From positions 8,671-72,670 of the forward strand of contig JAQWSZ010000004.1 in the NCBI GenBank assembly GCA_029242945.1: a stretch of DNA of 64,000 bases. Reading direction: 5' to 3'. Both the position numbers and the translations under genes were made by a program. Source of the stretch: Gammaproteobacteria bacterium. Its GTDB lineage: Bacteria; Pseudomonadota; Gammaproteobacteria; Steroidobacterales; UBA11654. How positions within the stretch are numbered: the first letter of the stretch is position 1; each line of letters opens with the position of its first letter. A model generated the notes under the pieces. It was not told the DNA's origin. It ran no database searches and worked only from the letters and a program-made list of their open reading frames with translations. This document shows positions 9,404-18,708 of the stretch, one piece after another.

Positions 9404-10225
9404 TTAAAATTTATTGTCCCATTTCAATATTAGATCTCGGTTATCTTGTTCCCATGGATGAAAATCAGATCTTAGAAATCTTAACCATGAAAAAAAACAA
9501 CGTCTAAGAATTCCAGGCTTGAAAAATAAGAAAGAAAAAGCATCAAGCCATGTTCTTGGGTTCCAGATTTTTCCATCATGTTTTAGCATTTTAAAACTTA
9601 TCACGAAGATATCTTTAAAAATAAAGTAAGTAACAAAGAATAGAGCTTTCCGCCTTTCTTTTATGGTTCCGCCAACAGCTTGATGAACATCAAAGGCAAC
9701 CGCCTTATGTTCTGTTTCCTCTATTGCATGCCAATACCAGAGTTTGGATATCATTGGGTCTGTATTTTTAAAATGATCTTTATTTCTCAATAAATCATCA
9801 GCTAGAATTGCAGTTAAATGTTCGGCTGCAACTGTTCCAGCCAGCCTTCTTTTTGGAGGCAATGTATTTTTTGCCCAATCGTATCTCTTTTTTTGAGCAT
9901 CCAGTAATGATTCCATATTATAACCACGTAGTTGACATAGTAGTTCATTGTAGTTTTGATGTTCTTTTCTGTGAACAGATTCTTGGCCATAGAATTGCTT
10001 CATTTCATTTAATAAAGATGGATCATTAATTTGTTTTTCAAAGTATTTAACGCTCTCAATAAAAGATCTCTCACCTAATGGAAATAACATTGAGAATGCA
10101 TTTTCAAATGCTGTTCTAAAAGCATTTCCATCATACCAATCAGAAGCCAAAGCTTGCTGAAGGGAAAAATTTGGTTTCCTAGGACTGAATTGATGTCCTT
10201 CAGGACTATTGCTTAGTTTTTTCAT
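9404..10225 (-). CDS. Predicted metal-dependent hydrolase (Pfam Metal_hydrol / PF10118-like)
   Basis: 273 aa. N-terminal ...WYDGNAFRTAFENAFSMLFPLGERSFIESV..., later QESVHRKEH and HAIEETEHKAVAFDV His/Glu blocks typical of this family. Confidence 0.7.
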   Translation of the reverse strand: MKKLSNSPEGHQFSPRKPNFSLQQALASDWYDGNAFRTAFENAFSMLFPLGERSFIESVKYFEKQINDPSLLNEMKQFYGQESVHRKEHQNYNELLCQLRGYNMESLLDAQKKRYDWAKNTLPPKRRLAGTVAAEHLTAILADDLLRNKDHFKNTDPMISKLWYWHAIEETEHKAVAFDVHQAVGGTIKERRKALFFVTYFIFKDIFVISFKMLKHDGKIWNPRTWLDAFSFLFFKPGILRRCFFSWLRFLRSDFHPWEQDNRDLILKWDNKF

Positions 10226-10457
10226 AATAATCTAGTTTTTGTATATGTAAGTAACCATAAATCATTACCATTAGAAAATTCTTAATTTTGTTGTTCTTAA
10301 TTTTTTTATAAAAAATGATAAATTCCAGACAATGAGCAGCAATTAAGAAGATTAATAAGTAATTTAAAATATTGCTTAGAGGTATAAAAATATTTGCAAA
10401 GCAAGCCAGCCAAAGTATAAGTATTACGGATTTAATTAATTTTACTTTAGACATCAA
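10206..10457 (-). CDS. Small membrane protein (DUF1145-like)
   Basis: 83 aa with 2-3 TM segments. Its 3' end overlaps the start of the downstream hydrolase gene by 20 nt. Confidence 0.4.
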   Translation of the reverse strand: MMSKVKLIKSVILILWLACFANIFIPLSNILNYLLIFLIAAHCLEFIIFYKKIKNNKIKNFLMVMIYGYLHIQKLDYYEKTKQ

Positions 10458-10489
10458 TAGTTAACCTTTAATCAATCTTATAAAAATCA

Positions 10490-11002
10490 TTACCTAAAGT
10501 ACAAGTTTTCTGGGTACTTTTTAATCATGAGTCTATCTATTCCAAACCAATGTCCCGTTGGAAATTTAACAAATAAAAAAACTAAAATGAAAAAAGGAAT
10601 CAGGGAAGCATCATAATAGCCCCCAATAGCAAAGTTTAATAGGATAAATAAACTCATGATAGCTGACCATTTTGTGGTTAAGCCGATAAGCAAACCAATA
10701 GCACTATACAGTTCGCCGACAGTTACTATATAGGCAATCATTTTATAAAAGGGTATAGCAAAATTAGATAAATATAAAACAGCCAAGCTATCGGGAGGTA
10801 ATTCTGTCAATCGCTGAAGAAATATCTCTTTCAAGATATCACTACTGATCCATTCATTTTTAACTTTATTAATCCCTGCTAGTAACCAAAATGAAGCAAA
10901 AAAAGTTCTCAATAGAATTAAGAGTAGTATACCAAAATACCTTATAGGATATGTTTTGAAGCCATGAAAAGACCATGTATGAGGATTATCTCTCATTATC
11001 AT
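10490..11002 (-). CDS. DoxX-like four-helix membrane protein
   Basis: The hydrophobic core LLRTFFASFWLLAGINKV resembles the DoxX N-terminal block. The track start (11065) overlaps the upstream gene by 80 nt, so I prefer the internal Met at 11002 (or 10996). Confidence 0.45.
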   Translation of the reverse strand: MIMRDNPHTWSFHGFKTYPIRYFGILLLILLRTFFASFWLLAGINKVKNEWISSDILKEIFLQRLTELPPDSLAVLYLSNFAIPFYKMIAYIVTVGELYSAIGLLIGLTTKWSAIMSLFILLNFAIGGYYDASLIPFFILVFLFVKFPTGHWFGIDRLMIKKYPENLYFR

Positions 11003-11549
11003 TCTTCCTATTTTTATCAATTGTATCAATCGTTTTCCATAAGGGTAATCTTTCGCAAGATCCAAGTTTCGAATTAGTTTTGGTGGACAACCAATTTGAA
11101 GTTTTTCTATCTATCTTTCGATCATTGAAATAAATAAACCAATCATGATTAGAGGAGATGATCGCTTCACTTCTAATAGTATTAGACCAATCATTATTAT
11201 CGATTGTAATAATATCAACTGGTCGTTTATGTGAATTTGTTTTTGTAGTATCAAAATTATTAAAAAAAAATTCCCAAATAGTTGAAACTTGTGACCAAAA
11301 AGTTCTAGTTCTTAAATGGTAGAGTAGATATTTTCCATCAGTGGGTATTTCATCATTGATTTCGTATTCATCGTTGCCACAGAGCAAAATTGATTCACAC
11401 ATCGTACAGAATTCTCCAAATTGACTGTAGAGTAAATAAGATGATTTATCCTTTTTTTCATCGGATATAACATTTGAAGCTGTAATTAAAAGACTTATTG
11501 CTAAGAATGATTTAAGAAGAAAAGTTAGACGTTTTTTTTTAATCCACAT
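10986..11549 (-). CDS. Secreted hypothetical protein
   Basis: 187 aa. Signal peptide MWIKKKRLTFLLKSFLAISLLITASNV. CTMC...C cluster. No family recognised. Confidence 0.5.
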   Translation of the reverse strand: MWIKKKRLTFLLKSFLAISLLITASNVISDEKKDKSSYLLYSQFGEFCTMCESILLCGNDEYEINDEIPTDGKYLLYHLRTRTFWSQVSTIWEFFFNNFDTTKTNSHKRPVDIITIDNNDWSNTIRSEAIISSNHDWFIYFNDRKIDRKTSNWLSTKTNSKLGSCERLPLWKTIDTIDKNRKNDNER

Positions 11550-11616
11550 TTTATAATCCTAAGACTAATTAATTCTTATTACTCTATAAATCATTTTTAA
11601 TAGTCATTCATAACAT

Positions 11617-12159
11617 CTATGATAGTTTTGAGATACTTTCAATATCTGTTTTTAATGTTGAATTCCAACGATTTAGAAATCCAAACAATGAAATAATTCC
11701 AATAATCTCAAGTTGTTGATTTTCATCAAAATAAATTCTTAGATTTTCATAATCACTGTCGCTCACACTATTAGGAGACTGACCGGCTCCCCATGCAACT
11801 TTTAGAGCTGCTTTCTCTTCATTAGTGAACTGATCATTGGATTCATATTCCCAAATGCATTCAATTTTATTTTTTGCTACATTTTTTTGAATTGCACTAT
11901 TGAATGTATGAGACATACAGTATTCACATCCATTTGATGTGCTGACCATTAAGCCTATTAGTGACTTTAGCTCTTCAGAAATTGAAGAAAACTGATAGAT
12001 CGTATTCACCAATATTGAAAAAGCATTTAATAGTTCGGGTTTCTTAGCCATAATAAGTACATCGTTTGCAATAAAACCCATCATTTCTAATGAGCCATCA
12101 ACTATGGCTTTATTTTCTATCGCTAATTGTTCAACAGAAGCTGGCTTAATTCTTGACAC
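11617..12159 (-). CDS. Carboxymuconolactone decarboxylase / AhpD-like family protein
   Basis: 180 aa. AhpD-type CxxC(xxH) motif NGCEYCMSH. Confidence 0.8.
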   Translation of the reverse strand: MSRIKPASVEQLAIENKAIVDGSLEMMGFIANDVLIMAKKPELLNAFSILVNTIYQFSSISEELKSLIGLMVSTSNGCEYCMSHTFNSAIQKNVAKNKIECIWEYESNDQFTNEEKAALKVAWGAGQSPNSVSDSDYENLRIYFDENQQLEIIGIISLFGFLNRWNSTLKTDIESISKLS

Positions 12160-12224
12160 AGTTTTCTCCTTTAATTATTTAGTAGTTAGATCTTAAAATT
12201 AAGCAGAAAAAAATATTTATATAG

Positions 12225-14138
12225 TTAAATTTTTATTTTTCTTTTTTCTGCTATTGAGATATGAGGATGCCATATCTGTTCCACAGGCTTTCCTCCAGGA
12301 TTCAATTGCATTATTCTCAAGTCAATTAAGAAAGGCCTTCCATTACTTGTAACATTATTGGCTTTTTTTAAGGCTGCAGAGAAAGAATCAGGATTATCAG
12401 CAATTGATCCTTGAATATTGAAACTATTTGCTAATCCAATAAAATCAACTATGGGATTGCCAAGATAACAACTGACATCTTTCCACATTTCTCTTGTATC
12501 ACTATTAGCGGCTAAGGGTGAATTCATATAAATTCTATTCCTTTCTCCATCATAGCTAAGATTATTAAAAATAATAATTGTTACGGGAATATCATATCTT
12601 GAAGCAGACCATAAGGATTCAATTTGGCCAAAGAGCATAGCTCCATCACCGACCAAGCAAACGACTTGCCGATTTGGTTCACCAATCTTTACTCCCAAAG
12701 AAGCACCTACACCCCAGCCTAAAGCAAAACCAGTTGACCCACCAATAAGTGATTTTTTTCCAGGGCCTAGATCCATCCATTTAAAAGGGGTTCTGCTGTC
12801 TAGTTCTGAAACAATAATTGCATCCTTCGTTAGATTTTTCTCAAGTTCATAAGAAGCTCTTTCCCATGAGAGTGGACTAGAATTCCAATTTTGTTTTGCT
12901 TTCTTTTGTTTTCTATCTTCAAATTTTTTATTGATTGCTTTATTTGCAAGCAGTCTTTTTTCTTTGATGGAATTAATTCTTTCTTTAGTTAGCATGGATT
13001 TGATGCTTTCTTTAATAGCATAAACTGTTTCCTTCATACCAGCGGCTATAGCTATATCAGTAGGATAGGTATTAGCAATATCATCAAATTCAATTCTTGC
13101 ATGAATGACTTTTGACTGTTTTGGGATAGGAGCTGTAAAAATAGTAGGATCAGGCATAGGAGCTCCTAGATTAAGAAAAACATCAGTTCCTGACAGACCT
13201 CTTGGCACTCCCATGCCATAGAAACCCATAAATGATGGATGTTTAAATGGCACATCACCATAGACGCTGTATCCCTGTGTCATTTTTATCCCTAGTAAAT
13301 CAGATAAATCAACTACTTCTTTATTAGCTTTCGCTCTAGTGACTTCATGACCAACACACATCAATGGATTTTTAGCTTCAATTAAGGCTTTAGCTGTTGC
13401 TTCAATCAACTCATTTTTAGGTTGAAGATCCAATGGTATTCTGAACTTACTCTGAGAGTGTATTGTTTGTTTAATATCACGCGTATTCAAAACTGTAGCT
13501 GGTAAACGAAGATAAACAGGTCCACCAGGAGGTGTTTCTGCTAATTTGATTGTTCGTCTAGTCATTTCACTGAGTTGTTGTGGATTTGTTACTTTCCATC
13601 TCCACTTAGTAAATTGAGACATAGTCTCTAACCAATCATCCATTTGTTGAAACCCATTACGACCTGAGAAATTAGAGCTGGTTCCATCCGATAAGACTGC
13701 AATGGATGATCGATCTTTCCAAGCATTATATAGGTTATTCATTGCACTAGGGATAGCAACTCCAGGTAAAAATAAAATGGCTGTTTTTCCAGTGACTAAC
13801 TCATAACCCTGTGCCATAGATGTGGCTTGTGATTCAGCAATTGAAGAAATAAATTCCATTTCATTCTTCATTGTTAATGCATCGAAGAATCCACTCATAC
13901 CTGTAGCACTGGTTCCAAATATATAATCAACATCTGCAGCCATCAGGGTTTCTGCTAAAATATCTGCTCCATTTCCAACTATGTACTTACCACTATCAGC
14001 AATAGGTTCACGAGCTTCTGCAGTGTTGGCAAGTAAAGAGTTAACCGCCATTTGACTAAAACCTAAAGCTAGTAATTTGTTAGTGAAATCTCTTCTAGAG
14101 AGATTTTGCTCAAGATATTTCTTAAACAATTCTCTCAT
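12225..14138 (-). CDS. Thiamine-diphosphate-dependent enzyme (acetolactate-synthase/Xsc superfamily) carrying an N-terminal twin-arginine (Tat) signal peptide
   Basis: 637 aa. ThDP motif GDGAMLFGQIESLWSASRYDIPVTIIIFNNLSY (GDG-x(n)-NN). The N-terminal Pyr domain starts at about residue 55 (GADILAETLMAADVDYIFG). It is preceded by MRELFKKYLEQNL-SRRDFTNK-LLALGFSQMAVNSLLANT-AEA. Confidence 0.85.
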   Translation of the reverse strand: MRELFKKYLEQNLSRRDFTNKLLALGFSQMAVNSLLANTAEAREPIADSGKYIVGNGADILAETLMAADVDYIFGTSATGMSGFFDALTMKNEMEFISSIAESQATSMAQGYELVTGKTAILFLPGVAIPSAMNNLYNAWKDRSSIAVLSDGTSSNFSGRNGFQQMDDWLETMSQFTKWRWKVTNPQQLSEMTRRTIKLAETPPGGPVYLRLPATVLNTRDIKQTIHSQSKFRIPLDLQPKNELIEATAKALIEAKNPLMCVGHEVTRAKANKEVVDLSDLLGIKMTQGYSVYGDVPFKHPSFMGFYGMGVPRGLSGTDVFLNLGAPMPDPTIFTAPIPKQSKVIHARIEFDDIANTYPTDIAIAAGMKETVYAIKESIKSMLTKERINSIKEKRLLANKAINKKFEDRKQKKAKQNWNSSPLSWERASYELEKNLTKDAIIVSELDSRTPFKWMDLGPGKKSLIGGSTGFALGWGVGASLGVKIGEPNRQVVCLVGDGAMLFGQIESLWSASRYDIPVTIIIFNNLSYDGERNRIYMNSPLAANSDTREMWKDVSCYLGNPIVDFIGLANSFNIQGSIADNPDSFSAALKKANNVTSNGRPFLIDLRIMQLNPGGKPVEQIWHPHISIAEKRKIKI

Positions 14139-15134
14139 TTAGATTTTTAGAATCTGTTTACCAAGATTTTTACCCATAAATAATCGATTTAATGTTTCAG
14201 GGCAATTCTCTATTCCTTCTTGAATATCCTCTTGATGTTTTATTTTTCCTTCCATTAACCATTTAGATAAATCCCCTATCGCCTCATCTCTTCTATTGAG
14301 ATAGTCAAGCACTAGGAATCCTTCCATCCGGGCTCTTTGTATGATGAGGCTACTAAGGTTTCTCGGCCCAACTGGCATTTCTTCACTGGCATAATTTGAA
14401 ATGGCACCACAGATAACAATCCTAGCATTTAAGTTAATCATATTGAGAGCAGTTTCAAGTAAAGGTCCGCCAATATTATCAAAATAAATATCAATTCCCG
14501 ATGTTGCAATTTTTTTCAATTCTTCATGCGGATTTGAATTTTTATAATCAATAACATGATCAATTCCAGCATCAGCTAACCAGGCACATTTCTCTTCACC
14601 ACCAGCTATACCAATAACATTGCATTCTTTTATTTTTGCAATTTGTGCAACGACAGAACCGGTTGCTCCAGCTGCTCCAGAAACAAGAACAGTGTCACCT
14701 TTTTTAGGATTGCCAATATCAAGAAGACCAAAATAAGCTGTAATGCCAGTAAGACCGAGGACATTTATCATTGTAGGTATAGGTAGTATTTCTGGGATCA
14801 CGCTAAACCCCTTACCATCACTAATAAAATGTGTTTGCCAATTAACAAAACCATTTACAAGGTTTCCTTTTTGAAATGAATCATTTTTAGATTCAATAAC
14901 CCTGCCTATTCCTCCTGAGCGAACGATTTCATCAATTTGAATTGGTGGAAGATATCCTGGCATATCAGTTAGCCACATTCTTTGAGTGGGATCTACAGAT
15001 AAATATTCATTTTCTACTAAAATCTCCCCTTCATTTAGTTCTGGTAAAATTTCTTCTACTAGTTCGAAATCATCATTACTAACAAGTCCTTGAGGTCTTT
15101 TTTTTAATAGCCATTTTTTATTATTAATCGTCAT
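14139..15134 (-). CDS. NADP-dependent oxidoreductase, medium-chain reductase family (YncB/CurA/PTGR-like alkenal/enone reductase)
   Basis: 331 aa. Nucleotide-binding block VSGAAGATGSVVAQIAK; lacks zinc ligands. The stop abuts the start of the ThDP gene (no gap). Confidence 0.85.
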   Translation of the reverse strand: MTINNKKWLLKKRPQGLVSNDDFELVEEILPELNEGEILVENEYLSVDPTQRMWLTDMPGYLPPIQIDEIVRSGGIGRVIESKNDSFQKGNLVNGFVNWQTHFISDGKGFSVIPEILPIPTMINVLGLTGITAYFGLLDIGNPKKGDTVLVSGAAGATGSVVAQIAKIKECNVIGIAGGEEKCAWLADAGIDHVIDYKNSNPHEELKKIATSGIDIYFDNIGGPLLETALNMINLNARIVICGAISNYASEEMPVGPRNLSSLIIQRARMEGFLVLDYLNRRDEAIGDLSKWLMEGKIKHQEDIQEGIENCPETLNRLFMGKNLGKQILKI

Positions 15135-15873
15135 TTTTTTTTATCCTTTTTTTTAATTCATCAGCTACAAAGCTAATTGACCAATTATGACCTAATCTGT
15201 TTCCTTTGTATAAGTCAGGGAGTTCATATACTTTGCTTCCTTTTAGATTAATCGCTTGAGGGTTAATTTCAAGATCTTTGAATGCTCCATCAAGTTCTTT
15301 TTGGGTTCTCCATTGAAAAAAAGCCACATTCTTTTTTATAGAATTTGGCGGTATATATTCACACAGATTATTTATAATTTTATTGCCAATCAAGGGAGAG
15401 GCTATTGTATGTATCTCTATTGACAATGAGGATGTCCAATTTTCTGCAAACCAAGATGCTAGGAGACCTCCATAACTATGACCAAGAATTATAATTTTTT
15501 TAATAGATGAATGTTCATCAATTACTTTATTCAATGCTTGTGACAATTTTTTTGCAGATGGTTGAGGGCATTTTGAATCATCCCATCGATAAAAAAAAGT
15601 TAAATGATTATTGGAATCCAGAGTTTTAAGTGGATAAATCCATTCATAGCCTTGACTATTACTTCCATGAACTCCAACCAAGAGTGTATTTTCTTTTTTA
15701 TTCTCATTTTCTAATAACTTTAATCCATATGTTAAATTCATTAGCTTTTCCCCAGAGTTACGACTATCTGAGGTTGGATCCATTGTAATAAGCCATGGGT
15801 ATGAATCAGCAGCTGTAAGAGTTGAAGTAAAGGTTGTAAAAACAATCGCCGTCATTATTATTTTTATCATCAT
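15124..15873 (-). CDS. Secreted alpha/beta-hydrolase (lipase/esterase-like)
   Basis: 249 aa. Signal peptide (…TSTLTAADS). Nucleophile elbow GHSYGG. Overlaps the downstream gene by 11 nt. Confidence 0.7.
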   Translation of the reverse strand: MMIKIIMTAIVFTTFTSTLTAADSYPWLITMDPTSDSRNSGEKLMNLTYGLKLLENENKKENTLLVGVHGSNSQGYEWIYPLKTLDSNNHLTFFYRWDDSKCPQPSAKKLSQALNKVIDEHSSIKKIIILGHSYGGLLASWFAENWTSSLSIEIHTIASPLIGNKIINNLCEYIPPNSIKKNVAFFQWRTQKELDGAFKDLEINPQAINLKGSKVYELPDLYKGNRLGHNWSISFVADELKKRIKKNDD

Positions 15874-15905
15874 ATAGAATATTTGATTTTGTTATGCGTT
15901 AAGAG

Positions 15906-16316
15906 TTAGTCGTCTAAGCCATAAATTCTATAGTGATTGGGTTTTAATACACCTAGACTTGTTTTTTCAATCGATAGTTCACGTTTCATTGTCTCAAGTC
16001 GTTCTTTACCAAAAGCTAGGAGTATCATTTCATTCCACATGTCATGTGCTTCTTTATCATGCCTAATATCCACCGTACCCCAAACGATAATATGGTCCAT
16101 TTCAATTGCTTTGCATATAGAAACACAAGCTCTTGGATCTCTTTCTAGATTTCTTTTTTTTTGTTTACCTGTAAAACTAAACAATAGTCCTTGTTCATGT
16201 ATGCCCATCATTAATGGAGTTACATGAGGTCCTCCATCAGGACCAATAGTTGAGAAATGAACCCAATCTAATGGGTTATGAATTTTTTTTAAAGCTTCGA
16301 CTAATGTTTCATCCAT
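15906..16316 (-). CDS. Pyridoxamine-5'-phosphate-oxidase-like (split-barrel FMN/F420-binding) protein
   Basis: 136 aa. FSTIGPDGGPHVTPLMM...KKRNLERDPRACVSI pattern typical of PNPOx-like proteins. Confidence 0.7.
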   Translation of the reverse strand: MDETLVEALKKIHNPLDWVHFSTIGPDGGPHVTPLMMGIHEQGLLFSFTGKQKKRNLERDPRACVSICKAIEMDHIIVWGTVDIRHDKEAHDMWNEMILLAFGKERLETMKRELSIEKTSLGVLKPNHYRIYGLDD

Positions 16317-16437
16317 TATTTTCTCCTGATAGAAAATTCGTAATATATTCGACTAAAAAAGGTGCCATTATACTCATAAGGTAAAAGATAAAACTGGTAA
16401 TAAGAATTGCTAAAGAAATGATAATAATTTTTTTCAT
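16309..16437 (-). CDS. Candidate 42-aa single-TM micro-protein
   Basis: Not in the track (<60 aa). Encodes MKKIIIISLAILITSFIFYLMSIMAPFLVEYITNFLSGENNG*. Its stop overlaps the ATG of the PNPOx-like gene (AATGGATGA). Confidence 0.3.
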   Translation of the reverse strand: MKKIIIISLAILITSFIFYLMSIMAPFLVEYITNFLSGENNG

Positions 16438-16498
16438 AATGCCGCTCTAAGTTTGATAGCTTAAATGAACGGTATTATTTTCAAACTAAATTAATTAT

Positions 16499-17140
16499 TT
16501 AATTTTTTGCTGCAATTATTGGGCGTAAAGCTTTAACTGTAACATTCCCATCTATACTAATATCTGAAATGGATAACTCAACACCTATTACCTCTGCAAA
16601 AGCTTGATAACGCTTTTTAATCCAAATATCATGCACTTCAGATTCGGTTAAATCGTGCTGGCCCATTCGAACTGTATTTTCTAGAATTAAGCCAAAAGGC
16701 GACTGCCAAGTACGTTCAGCATCCTTATGTTCAATTTCTATAAACAATTGATAAGCACATGCTGTTCTATCAATCATTCCAACCATGACAGTTTCTAATT
16801 GACCAGTTTTAAGGTAATTTCTTCTAACTCTTTCAAGTAATGGTCTAGTAGTTTCTACTTCATGTGCAATCAACTCATCAATCATGTCATTGTTTTTTGC
16901 AAACTGAATGGTGGTTAAAATCAATTTGATTAATGCATCATTAATATCATGTTGGTAAGGTTTTGTTTCATTAAGTGATTTAAGAACAACAGCCATTGAC
17001 CTGCCCAATTGCTGTTCTCGACCCTCATAACCACTTTGTGCACCGACAAATTTTTTCCCTTCCTTATGATTATCAGCAAAAACAATATTGCTATTCAATA
17101 AGAGGGCGAAAATACTTAAAAAATATATTCGTTTTTTCAT
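16499..17140 (-). CDS. Secreted hypothetical protein
   Basis: 213 aa. Signal peptide MKKRIYFLSIFALLLNSNIVFA. No family recognised. Confidence 0.5.
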   Translation of the reverse strand: MKKRIYFLSIFALLLNSNIVFADNHKEGKKFVGAQSGYEGREQQLGRSMAVVLKSLNETKPYQHDINDALIKLILTTIQFAKNNDMIDELIAHEVETTRPLLERVRRNYLKTGQLETVMVGMIDRTACAYQLFIEIEHKDAERTWQSPFGLILENTVRMGQHDLTESEVHDIWIKKRYQAFAEVIGVELSISDISIDGNVTVKALRPIIAAKN

Positions 17141-17265
17141 TATCTACTCCAATTACTTTTGATTAACTGTATGACAATATTGAGTTTGCCTCAACTATCA
17201 AATCATTTTTCTCCATCCACTTAATGACTTATCATATAATAAAGATCTATTTATACTAGAAAACT

Positions 17266-18402
17266 ATGCAAAAACAAAAACATTTGATGCAGCCAATACC
17301 TAGCCATGATGAATCTGTTAGGCAGGATTTTATTACTGATTTTAGAGCTTTTTTAACGGATGAAATATACCCAAAAATTACACCATATTATGTGTCAAAA
17401 ATAGAACCAGCTTTTGTAAAAGAAAAAGGAAGAATACCAGCTGATAAGAAAGAGGTTCAGGATATTATGTTAAAGGATAGTGCTTATCAAAGTTGGAGTT
17501 TTTTGCAAAGAATCAGTCAGCAAATGATGTTCACATCTGTGATAGATACAGTTGAGAGAACTCTTGAAGACTTAATAGAGGAAACAAAAAATTATACAAA
17601 GCTAGGTAGTTTAAAGCTTGATAAAAGTCTAAAAGTACCTAGGTATTTAACTGCTTATGATATACACCAACAACCAGGCGGATATCATACTGAGAATACG
17701 GAGAATGATATTGCAGCAGGTGTAGTTTATGATATTTCATTACCTATTTATTCTAGGGATGCTATGGGTGATGAAAATGATCTGCTTGCTCAAGCAACAA
17801 TTAATTATCTAATTAATAATCTTGATGTTAAACCAAAAAAAATATTGGATATGGGATGTAATATAGGCAATTCTACATTACCTTTTGTTAGAGCTTTTCC
17901 CGAATCAGAGGTTTACGGAATTGATGTTGCAGCACCTGGTTTAAGGTATGCACATGCAAGAGCAAATGCACTCAATGCTAGTGTCCATTTTAGCCAGCAA
18001 AATGCTGAATCAACATCTTTTGAAGACAACACTTTTGATATAGTAGCTTCCTGTCTTTTATTACATGAAACCTCCCATTCTGCAATTCCAAAAATTATAA
18101 ATGAATGTGCAAGAATTTTAAAACCTGGTGGATGGATGTTGCATCTTGATGTGTATCCATTTCAGAGGAATATTGTAGAACCTTTATATGATTTTCTAAA
18201 AGATTGGGAAGTTACTAATAATAATGAAGATTTCTCTGGTGTACTAAGAGAAATGGATTTACAAGGCATTTTTGAAGATGCAGGCTTTACTAAAGATACA
18301 ATTCAATTCACTTCAGCTGAGGCTAATTCTGATGCTGATAACGGCTATACAGGAGATTTTTATCTTAAATTACCTGTGTATGTTGCTCAAGTTGCAGATT
18401 AA
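17266..18402 (+). CDS. Class I SAM-dependent methyltransferase with a ~190-aa N-terminal extension
   Basis: 378 aa. Motif I ILDMGCNIGNST, then YGIDVA, post-I/II blocks and ILKPGGWMLHLD. Confidence 0.8.
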   Translation: MQKQKHLMQPIPSHDESVRQDFITDFRAFLTDEIYPKITPYYVSKIEPAFVKEKGRIPADKKEVQDIMLKDSAYQSWSFLQRISQQMMFTSVIDTVERTLEDLIEETKNYTKLGSLKLDKSLKVPRYLTAYDIHQQPGGYHTENTENDIAAGVVYDISLPIYSRDAMGDENDLLAQATINYLINNLDVKPKKILDMGCNIGNSTLPFVRAFPESEVYGIDVAAPGLRYAHARANALNASVHFSQQNAESTSFEDNTFDIVASCLLLHETSHSAIPKIINECARILKPGGWMLHLDVYPFQRNIVEPLYDFLKDWEVTNNNEDFSGVLREMDLQGIFEDAGFTKDTIQFTSAEANSDADNGYTGDFYLKLPVYVAQVAD

Positions 18403-18407
18403 GCCAT

Positions 18408-18704
18408 ATGCCTAAGAAAGTTAAGTTACCAAGAGTCGCAAAAGGAAAAAATCTAGTGTATTTGGATGATAGTTCAATTGATAATATTTTGGCAATGGTG
18501 ATGACTCTGACTCAAGAGATTTCTGTATTAACTGATAGACTTGATACTGTCGAGAATTTAATGGCTAACAAAGGTCAGATTAATAGAGATGATATCGATA
18601 GTTTTGAGCCCGATGATGAACTACAAGAGAAACGTACAGAGAGACGTAAAACACTACTCAAAAGGGTTCTATTACCAATTGAAAAGGCTTTGGACTCAAA
18701 ATAG
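18408..18704 (+). CDS. Hypothetical 98-aa charged / coiled-coil-like protein
   Basis: ORF 5 nt after the methyltransferase stop. No family recognised. Confidence 0.45.
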   Translation: MPKKVKLPRVAKGKNLVYLDDSSIDNILAMVMTLTQEISVLTDRLDTVENLMANKGQINRDDIDSFEPDDELQEKRTERRKTLLKRVLLPIEKALDSK

Positions 18705-18708
18705 CTTA

